Below, one piece after another: positions 62,473 through 64,000 of a stretch of 64,000 nucleotides of DNA (positions are counted from its first letter, which is position 1; every line of letters starts with the position of its first letter). The position numbers and the translations under genes were made by a program. The notes below the pieces were generated by a model. The model saw only the letters and a list, made by a program, of their open reading frames with translations. It searched no databases and had not been told where the DNA came from. The stretch is taken from NCBI GenBank assembly GCA_030704615.1, contig CM060732.1, positions 35,650,001 to 35,714,000 of the forward strand, written 5' to 3'. Source of the DNA: Takakia lepidozioides (Eukaryota > Plantae > Bryophyta).

Positions 62473-64000
62473 GGGATCCTTTGTTTTCTTGCATGATTGC
62501 TTCACCCATGCCTTTCAGACATGCCAAAGGCAGAGGAAAATGGGTACTCCTTCAAAAACAATTCTGCACAACACACATGGTACACATTAGAGTCTTGGGA
62601 TCGGACTGCAATGGTGGACTGTCGGAGTGGACGGTAACAGCGACCTGTATCAGCGGGCAGAGCCACTGGACTCGCCCAGTGGACAGTACAATGTGCTGGA
62701 ATAACCCCATTGGATTACCCATTGGACTTCCCCTAGCTAGGACTGGGGCAGCGGACTGCATCAACGGACTGCCCCATTGGACTGCCACAGCGGACTGCCG
62801 AACGGACTTGCCAGGGACTGCCGAGTGGACTTGGCAGCGGACGGCCGACCCCAGGGACTGCTGAGTGGACTTGCTAGCGGACTTGACAGCGGACTGCCGA
62901 GCGGACTTGCCGGGAACTGCCAGCAGACTTGCCAGGGGACTGATGAGCGGACTTGACAGCGGACTACCAGTGGATTTGCCCAACGAACTGCCATCGGGTT
63001 TCGCCACAGAAGTCTGCCAGTGGACTGTAGCAATGGACTGATGTAGTGGACCTCGACAATGGACCGGTGCTGTGGACCAACAGACTTACCGAATAGCGTT
63101 GATTTCTGCTTCGGCATCGTCCACAATGAAGGCATTGGGTCGCCAGCTCGGCAAATCTGCGAGGAGTGAATTCTGCAAGGCTCTCATCCACGGAACCAGG
63201 TCTATTGTCCGATTCCTCGCGGATAGGATATAGGCAACTGGTATACCGTTCAACCACTCGTCGAAGACCATCAACGTGTACAATGGGAACTGCAGGAATG
63301 CACAATATAAGATGGTCAGAGCATGCAAATTCTGCTCAATTCTGCACAAGAAAACTTCATAAGAGTAATAAGGTCTGCAGCGGTTCACAATGGGTCCGCC
63401 CCTCGGTCTTCCGCAACGTATACATGAAAACATACAGAAAAGGTCAGCATACCAAATTTTATGTTAATGTTGCATGGTACTATGCTATCATTCTCGTACA
63501 AGTCCATGGAATCGTTCGAATAGTACCTTGTCATGATTTGTCCCAAAGGTTGCATCACATGCAACGATACGGTCATGTCCTAGTTCCAACATTCGTCGTT
63601 TCTGCCACGGAGTCTGTATGCCAATAGTGAATGTCAAATCTCCATCAAAATGCTTGAATGTTGGCTCTAATTTCTCCTGTTGATAGAAAAAAACAGACAC
63701 AGGATTCTGGTCTCTCCACATGCGCACACTCTCCGCATCATCAGCGTGCTTTTTGAAGGTTTGCCACGCACGTTTCTCGGCAAGGTTGCGAACATTTTGC
63801 TCCAACAAGAAATCATCGCGGGTCCATGTATCGCCCAAGCCGGTGTTGTTCATCACGTGCTCTTTATGCTCCATCATGATTTGGGCAACCGACAGGCCTC
63901 GGCACAAACACTCGACGACCCAGGCTTTCAATTCCTCGCTAATGTGTGGTGCATAGGCGTGGCGGGTGTTCCTGAATTCTGCGGACTTCCCATGCGAGGG
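62470..64000 (-). pseudogene. Intron-containing MULE-type transposase (exons >64000-63527, 63289-63090, 62563-62470), truncated
   Basis: FTIGIQTPWQ..CDATFGTN..K|FPLYTLMVFD..GIPVAYI..FIVDD..EINAIR|..CLWHV*KAW. Confidence 0.85.
62610..63075. repeat. GGACT-core minisatellite in the transposase intron
   Basis: Repeated GCGGACTGCC/GTGGACTT units. Confidence 0.8.

Noticed and set aside
62439-63135. Ser/Pro-rich ORFs
   Set aside because: They arise from the intronic minisatellite.

Overview
Repeat-dense eukaryotic DNA, probably from an early-diverging land plant or streptophyte (GT-AG introns, plant SUV2/ATRIP and primase genes, TTTAGGG tracts). The main feature is a 19.3-kb Ty3/Gypsy-type retrotransposon (19-19304, minus strand, 4-bp TSD TGTC) inside intron 3 of a DNA primase small-subunit gene. 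It has four unusual traits: (i) a Dnmt3-like C5 cytosine methyltransferase in the polyprotein between protease and RT; (ii) a PHD finger at the integrase C-terminus; (iii) split terminal repeats arranged B...A-B-A instead of two equal LTRs, despite a DDE integrase; (iv) a self-complementary (Tf1-like) primer site instead of a tRNA PBS. A diverged relative at 50738-54417 shows the same A-B-A end and PHD. A 7.3-kb Mutator-like element full of palindromes is nested in the first copy. The rest of the window holds a spliced Crinkler-like REase-kinase gene plus a decayed paralog, a decayed pogo-type transposase, a 14-exon SUV2/ATRIP gene with a LINE cluster in intron 3, and a stack of nested Gypsy fragments and a MULE transposase at the right end. 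Family assignments come from motif recognition by eye; no database search was run.
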